Assembly: GCF_001194135.2 (NCBI RefSeq)
Contig: NC_069000.1
Location: forward strand, 44,963,818 to 45,027,817
Reading direction: 5' to 3'
Length of the DNA stretch: 64,000 nt
From: Octopus bimaculoides
Taxonomy: Eukaryota
The notes under the pieces are model-generated. The model saw nothing but the letters and a program-made list of their open reading frames with translations. It did no database searches and was not told where the DNA came from. The translations under genes were made by a program, and so were the position numbers. Below, in pieces: positions 12,309 through 25,167 of this stretch (positions within the stretch are counted from its first letter, which is position 1; the number at the start of each line of letters is the position of its first letter).

Positions 12309-13610
12309 CTCATCCATGGCATAAACCTGTGCAAGGGACTTTAAATAATCAATCAGAATGGGATCAAACTCATATGATTGATGCTCTTCATTCTCCATAC
12401 TGGAATCATCTGTTCCATAATAATTACCATTGTCCAAAGAGCTGTTGTAATTACGGTAATTATTATTCTCCTCCTCAAAAGTTTCCATAGAGTCTGGGTT
12501 TGTTTGATAGGATTCGTAGCTGAGGGGGGCCGAGCTGTGGTGGTGGCCACCAGTGGTGTTAGAACCAAACCCTTCATACTGACCATACCCATGAGATTTC
12601 TCATGAAACGCATCTGTTTTGCTGGATTCCTGATAAGTACCAGTCATTTTATACGGGTCATATTTGTTATGGGAAGGGCTTGCTAGGTAGATAGCCTTGC
12701 TCCACATTTCACGAGGATTAAAATTCCTATCGGGTATTTTTGTAGTTGAAGCTGTTTGGTGGTGATGGTCATGGTGATGAGGATGTTGGGGGTCATCATG
12801 GTGATGGTCGTGGTGGCTTGGCTGATAAACAGAATTGGTTGAGTCATAAGAATTATGGACATTGTACAATGCAATATTTCTATAATAACTACGAGCATGC
12901 TCAAGGGCCTTTGACCACCGGTCTTGAGGTTTTGCCATGTCATATTGGACCAACTGTGGCATGTGATTGTATTCATTATTATGATACACCGTACCATTGT
13001 GGTAAGAATGGGTAGATTCCAAATGGTACTGAGAATTTTCATATTCTGAAGAAATATGGTTAGAATGGTTAGTTAGATTACTGGAATCCGCTTTTTGGTA
13101 ACCGTTAGATATTTTGTCTTGATAAAAATGGTCATTCTGTGAATGTTTAGCTCTGTATGTCTGGGAATGAGAGTCATATGGTACTTGGACGTCTCCAGAT
13201 GTTTGTCTGTAAACAGTCTGGTCAAAAGATTGCTGGCTATTAAACTTCTTTGAACTGGACAACTGACTGTGTGTGTACTGAGTGGAAGTGTGGTAGGGCT
13301 GTTGGTCAGAAGTCTGTTGGAAGTCAACTTGGTCAAGGGAATTATCTTGACCGTAAGAATACACAGATTCAGCATGTTTGTAAGTGTGATGTTGTGTGCT
13401 ATAGTCGGATTGAGAACTGGAATGGTGTCCATTGTATTGATAATCTTGGATAGAAGACGGAGTCTGGTTTTCGTGTGCTTGTGACGTCCATTGGGTACCA
13501 TAGTCTAAGTATTCTTCCGATGGATCTTTCTCACACAAACCGTACGGATCATACTTCCTGTTTCCATTGAACAGTCTGTATGAGTAACGGTACGGTTTCG
13601 TCGCAGCCAT
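12309..13610 (-). CDS. 434-codon His/Tyr/Ser/Gln/Asn-rich exon in WASP intron 2; putative alternative first coding exon (or nested gene)
   Basis: Uninterrupted non-microsatellite ORF with ATG directly after an in-frame TAA. It ends ...LKSLAQVYAMDE at the donor GAG|GTAAGA (intron starts 12308), phase 0, which matches WASP exon 3. The ORF-track extension past 12309 is intron-like T-rich sequence. Confidence 0.75.
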
Positions 13611-16600
13611 TTAGCCGAAGAAATTGGTGCGGAAGGAAGAGTTATTGGGAAATGTTAGAATACAGCAGTTTTTTTTGTTCTTGATTTTTACTAATAGACA
13701 ATCCATCTATTGTAACTATAAACTTGATATTGAGACAGCTACAGTAATTTGTGTGGATTAACAGCATATAATGAAGGGGGGGGATATGGTTCACAGGATG
13801 ATGGTGGTGGTGGGAGAAGAGAATGCTGTTGCAATACAGATTAGGATTACCAATAGATAATCATTAAAAAGGATTACTGCATCAAGGCATGTTCATTCTT
13901 CACCGAGTGGAACCCCTCCCCAACCTCTAGTGGATTAATGGAATCTAGAAAGACTGCTGTCTAGTTGTGGCTCTGTGCTTTATTACTGAGGACATGGAGT
14001 CACGTGTTGGTCATATCTTTTGCTGAATCACATTGTCTCAGGTTAATATGCAGCCATGCAAGGGATTCTGGGAAATAAGTATGACAACAACAGGATGACC
14101 AAAGAGAGACGCAGTGGGACTGAACCCAGAACCATGTGGTTGGGAAGCTAGTCTCTTATCACACAGCCATGCTTTTCCTTGTCATCACACATAACTAAGA
14201 CCTCACACAGACTGTCATCACTTGCAGGCGTTAACACCAATATATAATAAAGCCAGAGTCAATTTTACCGAATTTCTCAAGAAGACTTGGTTGCATTGAA
14301 AAATTAATTGAAGAACATAGGCAGCCTAGTTGCAAGAAATATATAATTACGAAAGTTCATTAACAAAGGTGGAGTGTGCCGTTTAATTAATCAAACACGC
14401 AGTAAACATTACATACTACTATATTCGAGGGTAGGTGGTAAAGAGAAGGGGAAATCAGTTCGTTATCTCTCAGAATGAGTAGCTAATTAATATTTCCAGT
14501 AAGTAGTAGTACACAAATGCAACAGGGGGATTAGCAATGAAAAATAGCCTGGTGATGGTGGCGGCAGTAGAGATGGAGGTTGTATTGGCGATAGAGCTGA
14601 TATTAAAAAAAAAAAAAAAAAAAATGACTGCTTGAAAAACAGAACAAAAACACAAAAGAATGGAAAAAAACTATGTGAGTTACAAAAAAAAATTTTGAAA
14701 AAAAATATCTTGAATTTTTTTTCTGTAATTCAGTCTGAAGTGGGTGGGAAGAATTTGGTTTAGAGGTAAAGACAGATTTTCCCAAACTTAGAGCCTTAAC
14801 ATTTCAGGTTCAAATCCTCCTTTGGCCATATTTCTTAGCAAAATGCAGGGCCTGTGTATTTTAATTAATTTTGTAAACAATCAAGAACGAATGTCTGGTA
14901 GAATCGGTTGAGCATCAAAACAAAATGCCGGCATGTATTTAGTCACATGTAACAACGCCTAACATTATATTGTATGTTGGAAATCAGCCAAGGTCAACCT
15001 TGTTGTTTATCCTCTTGAGGTCGATAAAAAAAAAAAAGAGTAGCAGAGAAGTATTGCAGATGATGAAATATTCCCATAATGCACCTGAGACATGAATGGG
15101 AATATCAAATGATTAAGACTAAGGCTTAAAGGATGGGTAACGGCTTACTGAAAGAACTCTGACATTATCAATCTGGTGTTTGGAACAGGAGTAGAATATG
15201 AAGTACAAAGTTTATCAATGATATTCGTAGCTATTATTCTAGTCATCATTTAACACCCATCTTCCATGCTGTTTTTATATGGACAGTTTAACAGGATCTG
15301 ACAAAACAGAGGGCAGTGTTGAGGTCTAATGTCTGCTTTGGTACAGTTTCTACTGCAGGATGACCATCCAAATGCCAGCCATTCTATACAATGTACTAGG
15401 TGTTTTGTTTTTTTTGTGACACCAACAAGAGTGAGGTCACCAAATAACTTACAAGACCTCTTGACTTGAGTGTGGGCATGGTATTGAGAGAAGGGATTTT
15501 GTACCAGGTATTGAGAGGCGAAAGTATGATAGAGAGACAAGAACAGGTGTTTTGATGTAAAGGAGACATATGGCTACCTTAGCTGGAAAAAGGGAAATGG
15601 TAGAGACAAGGTGTTAGGGCAAAACCCGCAAGGTACAAGAAAGTATATAAAGACAGAAAATGGACAGAGAATCAAGGATGTCTGGATGGTACAACAAGCA
15701 GATGTGCTTGTAGAGCATGCTGTGTACTGTCCTACAATTGCTCAAGCTCAACACACACATAACCATTTTAATGTACACTTTTCCATGCCTGCATGAGTCA
15801 GATGATAACCCTATTGAATCAGATTTTTGTACAACCAGATGCTTTTCCTGTTGGCAACTCTTACTCGTTTTCAAACAATGCAATATTTCCCCTGGCCCAT
15901 CAAGCAACAAACGGCCCCGATGTGCTTTCACAGAGGCTTGAAAACAAACAATATTATCTGTATAAACAGTGACTACTAAAGGCTGCTGGAAGCCTGGGCA
16001 GATATACAACCAGGGGGAGTACAGGACTGGTGCGAACCTGGATAGTTATAGGACTAACTGAAGTTGAAGCTAGTAGGAATCTGGGTAGATGTAAAATAAA
16101 CTGGGGTACAGGTAGGAATGAGCCAGCCTGGGTGGGTGGGTGGATATATAAGTAGCTGGGTTAGAGATTGGTATGAGATTAGGTGGAGTGAGCCTGGGTA
16201 GATGTTCATATAGAGACTGGAGTAGAGACAGTTGCAGAAGCAAGCATTGAGGGAGAGAGAGAGAGAGAGAGAGAGGGGAAATGGTATTGTTTCTGAGTCA
16301 GTGATTGCAGCGTGGTGATGGATGTGAGTGAATGTCTGCTACCAGACAATCAAACAGAACAACCAGGAGGCTTGGATGGAAAAAACCCCTGCAAAACTAA
16401 GCAGTTTATCGTACAATATTGCAGTTGGTCAGCCAATTTCCATCCGGGTGGTGTTGGGTTGGTGAGCAGGTAAATGTTTATGCCAACACAAACCAACTCT
16501 TCACAAAATAACAAGGTTAATAAAATAATGAAGCTGTGTTTAATTAACACTAAGCTTTTTTTTATGGAGTGTAATGGTGGTGGTGGTTGTGAAGGTAGTG

Positions 16601-18562
16601 GTGAGGGTAGTGATGGTGATAGTGAGGGGCAATGGTGGTGGTGGTGGAGAGAAACTGAGAAACATTAACATGTTGGCTGCAAATGGAAACTGATTAGACA
16701 AAAGGTTGTTAAACAGCCAAGAAAAAAAAAAAACATTTTATATAAATAACATATTAGACGCCTATATGTTGCAACGTTTGAGTGGAATTAGCTGAAGATC
16801 AATCTAATAAATAAGACAGATGTTATGCTAATGAACAGACCTAACACCAAAAACACACATAGGCCGCATGGAGATATATGTGTGTGTGTGTGTGTGTATA
16901 TGTATATATACACACATACGTCTTGTATACATATACACACACACATATGCACTCATGAACTTAATAGCTTCATTATAATGGCTTCGAGGAATTTAGTAAT
17001 TTATAAATAAAGTCAAGGCAATATATAATTTAAGTACAAGCTACATATGAGGTGGGGGTGGGGGTCTAGATGCTAAGTTGATTGAATCAATGGACTCCCT
17101 ACACACCCCCATCGCCCTCCCCCAGTTATTGATCAGTGATGTATTTTATTATCCCAGCAATGATGACCTTGATGGGATCTTGACTGATAGGTCTGCTGGG
17201 TCAGGGTTAACCTGGGGTTAAAGAGCAACATCTAGATGTATCCTATAATGTATGTATGTGTGTGTGTGTGTGTGCGTATGTGTATTATACATACACACTA
17301 TCATCGTTATCATCACCAACGTTTAACATCCATAAACCTTGTGAGTCACTTCTGTAGACAGGAAGTGAAAACAAACCCTGTGTGTGTGTCCTCATTTCTC
17401 TATCAAGCACTAATCGTAATTAATTATAAGTGCTACAATAAATTTTGTATGGCCCATGCAAGAAAAAGGAAACTAAACATTAAAGCCATGATGAGGATAA
17501 TGCTGATGACGATGACGATGATGGTGTGTGTGAGCGTTAAGGAGTTTTCTTTCTGACAGTGTGCCATGCGGTGGATCTGAAGTTCCACTGCATGACACTT
17601 TAGACAAGTGTCTTCCACTTCTGCTATAGCCTTGGGCTGAACAACACCCTGAGAGAGTTTGGTTGATGGAAACTATGTTGAAGCCATTTCAGTTATTCAC
17701 TTATTCAATACTAGAATATGTTGGCTGGAACTTATCCGAAGCAAGAATTTATATTGGGATGCTCTTGCTACTGCCAACCCTTAGCTATTTTTCAAGTGAG
17801 GTGTGTGTGTGTGTGTACATTCACATTTATATATGTTTATATGTGCATATGTTAGTACATGTCTGTTTCTATGTTTGTCTAATAAAAAAAAAAACATCAG
17901 TGACTGAAATGCATGTCCCTGGAACTTAGTACTGCAATAAATATAAATTGGTAAACGTAGACAACAGGCTGACAAAATACTGGGTTTGATAGGATTAAAA
18001 AAGGAAAGAAAGAAAACCTGTCTATGGTGTTCTAGCATGGACTAAAGACAAATGATTGAAACAAAAGCAAAATTGTAATCCTATTCAATAGCTTACAGTT
18101 GTTTCTGCTGTAAGCAGCATTGCACTCAAACCATCATCACCATCATTTAACATCTGTTTTCCCTGCTAGCATGGGTCGAACGGTTTGACAGGAGCTGGCC
18201 AGGTTCCAATGGTCAGTGTTGGCATGGTTTCTACAGCTGGATACCATTCCTAATGCCAACCACTTTACAGAGTGCACTGGGTGCTGTTTACATGGCACCA
18301 GCACAGGTGATTTTTATGAGGTGCTGGCAGAAAGCATTTAAATCTATGGAGTTGATTACATACAGAACCATGTATTAAATCTGATACAGTCTGAGGTGAA
18401 AAAAACCTCCACATTAATTGATAATAAATTCTAACATCACCTGATGCTTTAAAGCAGAACTATACTAAGTTCTAACTACTGGTCAATAGTATGGGTATAC
18501 CTAGGAGGGATCATAATGTATGTACACACGTGATATGAAAATTAAATGCCGGTGAAACAAAC

Positions 18563-18703
18563 CTGCACATCGTATATCCGAAAGTAGTAAGAACGTCTGC
18601 TGTTGTCTTTGACAAAGCAGACAGCTCCAGAATGTTTCTTGTTCCATTGCTGTATGTTGGGTCGTTCTGCAAGAAACAGCTGGCAAAGGGCTGATGCTAA
18701 AGT
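18563..18703 (-). CDS. WASP: WASP exon 2 (WH1 domain)
   Basis: Acceptor ttttgcag|, donor CAG|GTTTGT; 141 nt; TLASALCQLFLAERPNIQQWNKKHSGAVCFVKDNSRRSYYFRIYDVQ contains the WH1 W..HxGxVCFVKDN.xRSY motif. Confidence 0.96.
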
Positions 18704-19099
18704 CTGCAAAAGAGTAAATTAATAATAATAATAATAATCCAGCATTAGAAGCTGTGCAAAGACAATATAATAATAACTATAATAATAATAATGATGATGA
18801 TGATGATTTCAAATTTTTGCCACAAGGGCAGCTTGTTGGGAGGGGATTAAGTAGATTACATTGACCCCAGCGTTTCACTGGTAGTTAATTTATTGACCTC
18901 AAAAGAATGAAAGGCAAAATCGACCTCGGTGGAATTTGAAGGATGAGGGGGGCAATACAAAGACACACATAAANNNNNNNNNNTTTACATGTAATGAAAA
19001 AAAAAGAAAAAAGTATACATTAAAAGAAGGGAAGTATACATAGAATGTGGCACTAGCCATCAGACACCCTGTTCATCACCTCTTCCCAATTCTTATCCA

Positions 19100-20170
19100 C
19101 CCGAAGGTCGGGACTAAACCAGACCTTGAGCAGTTTAACTGGTCCGTCAGTCTAACGTCTAGTAGAGGTGGAGGTTGTCATGGATGGAACTGCTCGGGAT
19201 AGCAGCACGTTTCTGCCTCCCCGACCAGACTCCCAGCAACAAGCGCAAACTTTTGTGCTAACACCTTGGCCAGAATTGTAAACTGTATTTAGCAGAGTTA
19301 TGGGCCAAAAATTCCCTAGCATGTCCCCATTGCTGGCATCCTTTCTCAGCAGTGTTACACACCCTGGCTAACAGCACTAGGAACTCTCCCATTCTGCTGC
19401 CAGTTATTGTAGACATCTGCCAAGAAGCTACCAAACAAATCTGGCATGAACAAACTGGGTAATTTGCAACTTGTGCAATTGCTCATTGCCTTCTGTATTT
19501 CAGTGGCTGTAATCAGCCTGATGCAGAACCTTGCGTCCATTACTAAGAGCCATGGTAGGTCGTCCAGATATGAAGTAAACTCTGCTACTGTTGCCAACCC
19601 ATCACCCTCCCTAAAAATCCCAGCAAAGTGCTGCTGAAAAGCCACGCATATCTGCTCCGAACCAAGTAGTACGTGCCTGTCCTGATCCATTAAATCTTCA
19701 TGTTTTTGTTTTCATGTTTTGTCACTACCATTCAGGCCCATTGGATGGCTTCAGATCTTTCGCGTTTTAGTGCACAGGCCTGAGCTCTGACAACGCACCC
19801 TTCATGTTTCACCTTAAAGAAATGGTCAAGGGCCATTCTCACTGCTAACACATCGGTTGCCATTCCTTTACTAACAACCTCTTCCAGTTTGCTAACAAGT
19901 TCTCCTTCTAATCTATTTCTTTCTATTGCTAAATCTTTGCTAAACACTATTGATTCTACTCTAATTGCTCTCTTCACCAGTTGTTGATGATTGCCCCTGT
20001 CAACTACCACTTAACTACTTCACTAATCCAGTCGCTGTAGTCTTTGTGAGCCGGTAAGGACGCATTCAACTTCCAGTAACTGGGTCTCTGTCTACGGGTC
20101 CTATGTAAATCAACTGTGCCTATCACAAATTTGTGATCTGAGTAGCTGACCAATTTAAATTGTGAATAAC
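19100..20170 (-). mobile_element. L1/Tx1-like LINE ORF2 fragment (end of endonuclease, linker, start of RT)
   Basis: Minus strand gives YSDHKFV (SDH), SYWKLNASL, linker ORFs 19732-20010 and 19355-19690, then NFWPITLLNT...ILAKVLA; disrupted. Confidence 0.8.
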
Positions 20171-21310
20171 CTATGCTATCCCTATCCTCTGACCTAACAA
20201 ATAGTCTACCTTAATATGATCTGGATGACCCATTACCGTTGCTCCTTGTCCACATCGGGACATCAGGGAAATCCAGTCGGTACCTGACAGAAAGCTGGAA
20301 AGTCCAAAGGAGCCTGGGATCTAGGTTAGAAACCGGTTCTTTCTTTATTGGCAAGAAATCTTGAAAAACTGAATAATGACAGACATACATACATACAAAT
20401 AGTGAAGCTTCATGTAGCAAACATGTGCAGCAGAATAGGGTGTAGCAAACGTGTGTAGTGGTGCTTAATGTAGTGACCATGGGCAAGGGAGCTGAATGTG
20501 GTAAACATATGCATTTGAGCTGGGTGTAGTGAAAATGTGCATTTGAGCTTGATTCTGTGAACATGGGTAGCATAGCTGAATGTAATGACTATATGTCAAT
20601 GCAGATAACTTCCTGATGTTATTTAACAATTAGTTGTAGGAGGAGGAGGAGGAGGAGATGATGACTAACAACAACAGACTGGATAAGCATTTTGCAACAC
20701 AAATCATTTCATCCAAGTGTCATCTCCGGTTTAAGTGACAATCTTTTTTGTCCTACTTAGAACCACTGCGACATGTTCAGAAAGACACACACAAGCTCAC
20801 CTACACAATCCCCTTCTTGCAACCAAAATATAGATTACATATCTCCTGGTCGTTCTCCCATTTGTTTCATATCACGATTTTCAGTATCTAAAGCTCAGCA
20901 TTAGGATTAACACTAGGAACCTTTTACACAATCTCGTTGTTCTCAATTTAAAGAACACTTAGACCACTATGAAGTACTCTAAAGTACACATATCCAAACA
21001 CAATCCTATTTAAGGTACATTTAAATCATCATATAACACCCTACTTAAAAGTGAATACTTATAGATACATGTGTCCCCCCAACTGTGCTCAATTAATGAA
21101 TATCCATTCCACTCCCCTGTTTCTTATTTAAATTCTATTTACATCACATCATGTCTTTCCTTCCATTATCTCCAACTGAAATCATAATTTATACCATCCC
21201 TGTTTCCAATTTGAAGCAAACACATAACAGCATTCTTCTGTTTCCAATTCAAAGCATACTCTTACCGCTTCCTCTATTCCCAGTTAAAAATAGGTTTGTG
21301 TGTACATGCA

Positions 21311-22556
21311 ATTATCTCATTCCAGGGTGAAAAACTAGAGGTAGTCGATAGCTTCCGCTATCTGGGTGACCAAGTTAGTAGTGGGGGTGGGTGCGCTGAA
21401 AGTGTAGCTGCTAGAATAAGAATAGCCTGGCCAAAGTTTAGAGAGCTCTTACCCCTGCTGGCGACAAAGGGACTCTCACTCAGAGTAAAAGGCAGACTGT
21501 ATGACGCATGCGTACGAACAACCATGCTACATGGCAGTGAAACATGGGCTGTAACTGCTGAGGACATACGTAAGCTCGCAAGGAATGAAGCCAGTATGCT
21601 CCGTTGGATGTGTAATGTCAATGTGAATACCCGTCAGAGTGTAAGTATCTTGAGAGAAAAGCTGAACATTAGAAGCATNNNNNNNNNNNNNNNNNNNNNN
21701 NNNNNNNNNNNNNNNNNNNNNNNNNNNNNNNNNNNNNNNNNNNNNNNNNNNNNNNNNNNNNNNNNNNNNNNNNNNNNNNNNNNNNNNNNNNNNNNNNNNN
21801 NNNNNNNNNNNNNNNNNNNNNNNNNNNNNNNNNNNNNNNNNNNNNNNNNNNNNNNNNNNNNNNNNNNNNNNNNNNNNNNNNNNNNNNNNNNNNNNNNNNN
21901 NNNNNNNNNNNNNNNNNNNNNNNNNNNNNNNNNNNNNNNNNNNNNNNNNNNNNNNNNNNNNNNNNNNNNNNNNNNNNNNNNNNNNNNNNNNNNNNNNNNN
22001 NNNNNNNNNNNNNNNNNNNNNNNNNNNNNNNNNNNNNNNNNNNNNNNNNNNNNNNNNNNNNNNNNNNNNNNNNNNNNNNNNNNNNNNNNNNNNNNNNNNN
22101 NNNNNNNNNNNNNNNNNNNNNNNNNNNNNNNNNNNNNNNNNNNNNNNNNNNNNNNNNNNNNNNNNNNNNNNNNNNNNNNNNNNNNNNNNNNNNNNNNNNN
22201 NNNNNNNNNNNNNNNNNNNNNNNNNNNNNNNNNNNNNNNNNNNNNNNNNNNNNNNNNNNNNNNNNNNNNNNNNNNNNNNNNNNNNNNNNNNNNNNNNNNN
22301 NNNNNNNNNNNNNNNNNNNNNNNNNNNNNNNNNNNNNNNNNNNNNNNNNNNNNNNNNNNNNNNNNNNNNNNNNNNNNNNNNNNNNNNNNNNNNNNNNNNN
22401 NNNNNNNNNNNNNNNNNNNNNNNNGAAACTCTGCCAAATCAGACTGGAGCCTGGTGTTGCCATCCGGTTTCACCAGTCCTCAGTCAAATCGTCCAACCCA
22501 TGCTAGCATGGAAAGCGGACGTTAAACGATGATGATGATGATGATGATGATGATGA
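21311..22556 (+). mobile_element. 5'-truncated RTE-clade LINE spanning an assembly gap
   Basis: LEVVDSFRYLGDQVSSGGG...RIRIAW.KFREL...LHGSETWAV...LRWMC; N gap 21679-22424; 3' tail ...ccaacccatgctagcatggaaagcggacgttaaac(gat)n. Confidence 0.9.
21679..22424. other. Assembly gap (N run); other gaps at about 18974-18983, 30017-30051, 31555-31564, 36805-36814, 48354-48381, 52001-52270
   Basis: N characters. Confidence 1.
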
Positions 22557-22588
22557 TATATATATATATATATATACATACACACATA

Positions 22589-22862
22589 CGAGGGGAAGTC
22601 AAAAAGTAAATTACCAACACAGGAACATGTATCATACATCAAAATGAAGCTGGTCCTCTGTGGATCACATCCCTACTTCTCAACATTGTCACCGTTTCTC
22701 TCAATAGCAATGTTCCACCTTCGAATCAGAGCATGTATCCCTGCCCCATAAAATTCTGTTGACTGTTCTTTGAGCCACTTCTTCACTACAATTTTCACTT
22801 CCTCGTCACTGGAATAATGTTTGCCTCTCAAACCCTCTTTCATGAGGCCGAAGAGATGATAG
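22589..22862 (-). mobile_element. Mariner transposase 3' fragment with one TIR
   Basis: TA|CGAGGGGAAGTCAAAAAG TIR; YHLFGLMKEGLRGKHYSSDEEVKIVVKKWLKEQSTEFYGAGIHALIRRWNIAIERNGDNVEK* is a typical mariner C-terminus. Confidence 0.85.
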
Positions 22863-24625
22863 TCCAGTGACGAGGAAGTGAAAACTGTAGTGAAGTAATT
22901 TGGTAGATTTTAATTCAAAACTTATGAAAACAAAACATTTGTACTCAGAGCCGGTTTCAGCCAGGCTGGTAATGAAAGGGTTAAATATCTATCTGTGTGT
23001 GAGTGTATGTGTATGTACACACATACATACATACATATTTGTATGAAACAGTAATATAGATGTACGGCTGCCACCGATATGTTTAGAGCTCTTTGTAGAT
23101 TACAATCAAATAGTCTGCTTCCTGTATAAGTTATTACATAACTTCTATACTGAGTAATGTCACTACATATAAACTACAATGCAAATGTAGGAAAAATAAG
23201 GATAGTCACAAGTTTATCTTAATCTTGTGTTCAATCCTTATTTCTAATGTATTAAACACACACACACCCAAACAAACATATATGAAGCTTCTTTCAATTT
23301 CTGTTTACCAAACCCACTCACAAAGCTTCAGTCAGCCTGGAGTTATAGTAGAAGACATTTGCCAAAGTTGCCATACTCAATACCTACAAGATTATAATTC
23401 ACACTATTAATAATCTCCAAATTCTACGAGGGGAGTTGTTTTCAGTTATTTCTCTATGAAATTAACACGAAACCTCCAAGACATTTGAGCAGGATTGAGG
23501 GGTTGAGGAAACAAGCTGTCATACCGTTCTCAAAGACATTAGAAATGTAAAAGGAATAATAAACATTAGAAGTTACGAGAGTATTGTAGTTTGTTTGAAG
23601 CATTGTGTATTGCTTGTAAAGAATAAAATATTTTGAATGGTACAACAATGCACTATATTACAAACAATGGGCTATATACCTGTTGTAATTTAGCCATCCA
23701 TAGTCTGATGGTATTTTGGAATAAGATTCCTTCTTCAGACATCCCTAGGAATTGATGGAGTCGCTCCATCAATTAGTGCATTGTTGTATCATTCAAAACA
23801 TTTTATTCTTTATTAGAAGTTAAACTAGGATAGAAGAACAAATTCTTAGAAGTCTTACTTTCTTACAGTGCAATGGTCACCGTCAAGGGGTCTGTCACTA
23901 TCCTGGAAGGCCCACATCTTCAATGTAACCCAAACCATATTGATGCTACTGGATTTTGTTTCCAGAGTTTTTGTGCACTTCCAAATATGGTATGCAGGTA
24001 ATGCTACAACTGATTGCAATGGTGTGTTTCTTACAACCAATAAGAGACGATAATATACAGACACAGGCATCGCTGTGTGGCAAGGAATTTCGGGTTCAGT
24101 CCCATTGCATGGCACCTTGAGTAAGTGTCTTCTATTATAGCCATAGGCTGATCAAAGTTTTGTCAGTGAATTTGGTAAATGGAAACTGAAAGAAGCCCAT
24201 TGTGTGTGCGTATGTGTACTTGTGTGTTACTGTCTCTTTGCCTTGATTCTGCATGACAGTCGTAAATGAGGGTCACCATCATACAATGCCTGAAAACAAC
24301 AACAAACTAGATGGTCACATCTGGAACACCTTTGGTCATAAATCTGCCAGACATGACAACAATCTTTGTACTGAGAATGTCTTTTATAATAAAAGAAAGA
24401 TGTTCTCTGCCGTAATGTTTTAGTAAATGGCAGAGAGCCAAAGTCTGAAAAAGTGTACTAAATACTAATTACTGCAATGAGACTTAATTAATTATACTAA
24501 TTTGCAGTTTGGCCGTTTCTGACAAAGAATCTCTATTTAATAATAGTCAATATAAATGTTGGCTGGTTGATTCTCCAGTCATGCTTGTTGAGAGAGAAAG
24601 GGAGAGAGAGAGAGAGAGAGAGAGA

Positions 24626-24660
<35 letters not shown>

Positions 24661-25167
24661 AATAAAGGTTAATAAACTAATTCATATGTGTAACACAGAT
24701 AAATCTACAGTTATTTAGTTGAAAACCCTTAAACCCATGATGATTGCAGAAGATCTGAAGACATCCTATTGTTCTCTTAAATAAATAGAAAAAAAATAAC
24801 TGGGAATCCTTTTACAGACCTGATAAGGGATGATTGATCCCTCCTCTGACAAGATGAACTTCAGAAATTGAAAAAGTCAGACATACCTGTATCACTGTGA
24901 TTTCAAACTCTTAGGATGGTATTTTGTGAAAGTTTGAAATCACAGTGATACAGGTATGTCTGACTTTTTCAATCATTTTTATCATTGGTTCGGAGTCTTA
25001 AGGATTTGGTTCATCTGTCCACCTTCACCTTTATGCTTAAGTGAAAACTTGTGGTCATTTTGACTGTTATTTTAGCAATTAAGGGTACTGCCTGTAGTAC
25101 CCTTAATTATTAATTGATAATTTTACCTTTATGGTTTTTTACATATGCTAAGCCACTGATATTATTA

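Noticed and set aside
12309-13610. Reflectin or other known cephalopod structural protein
   Set aside because: Tyr-rich, but lacks the Met/Asp reflectin repeat motif and is poor in Met, Arg and Trp; no signal peptide and no Gly/Ala suckerin-type modules.
21296-22525. 409-aa ORF
   Set aside because: Mostly X from the N gap; the real part is an RTE reverse-transcriptase C-terminal fragment.
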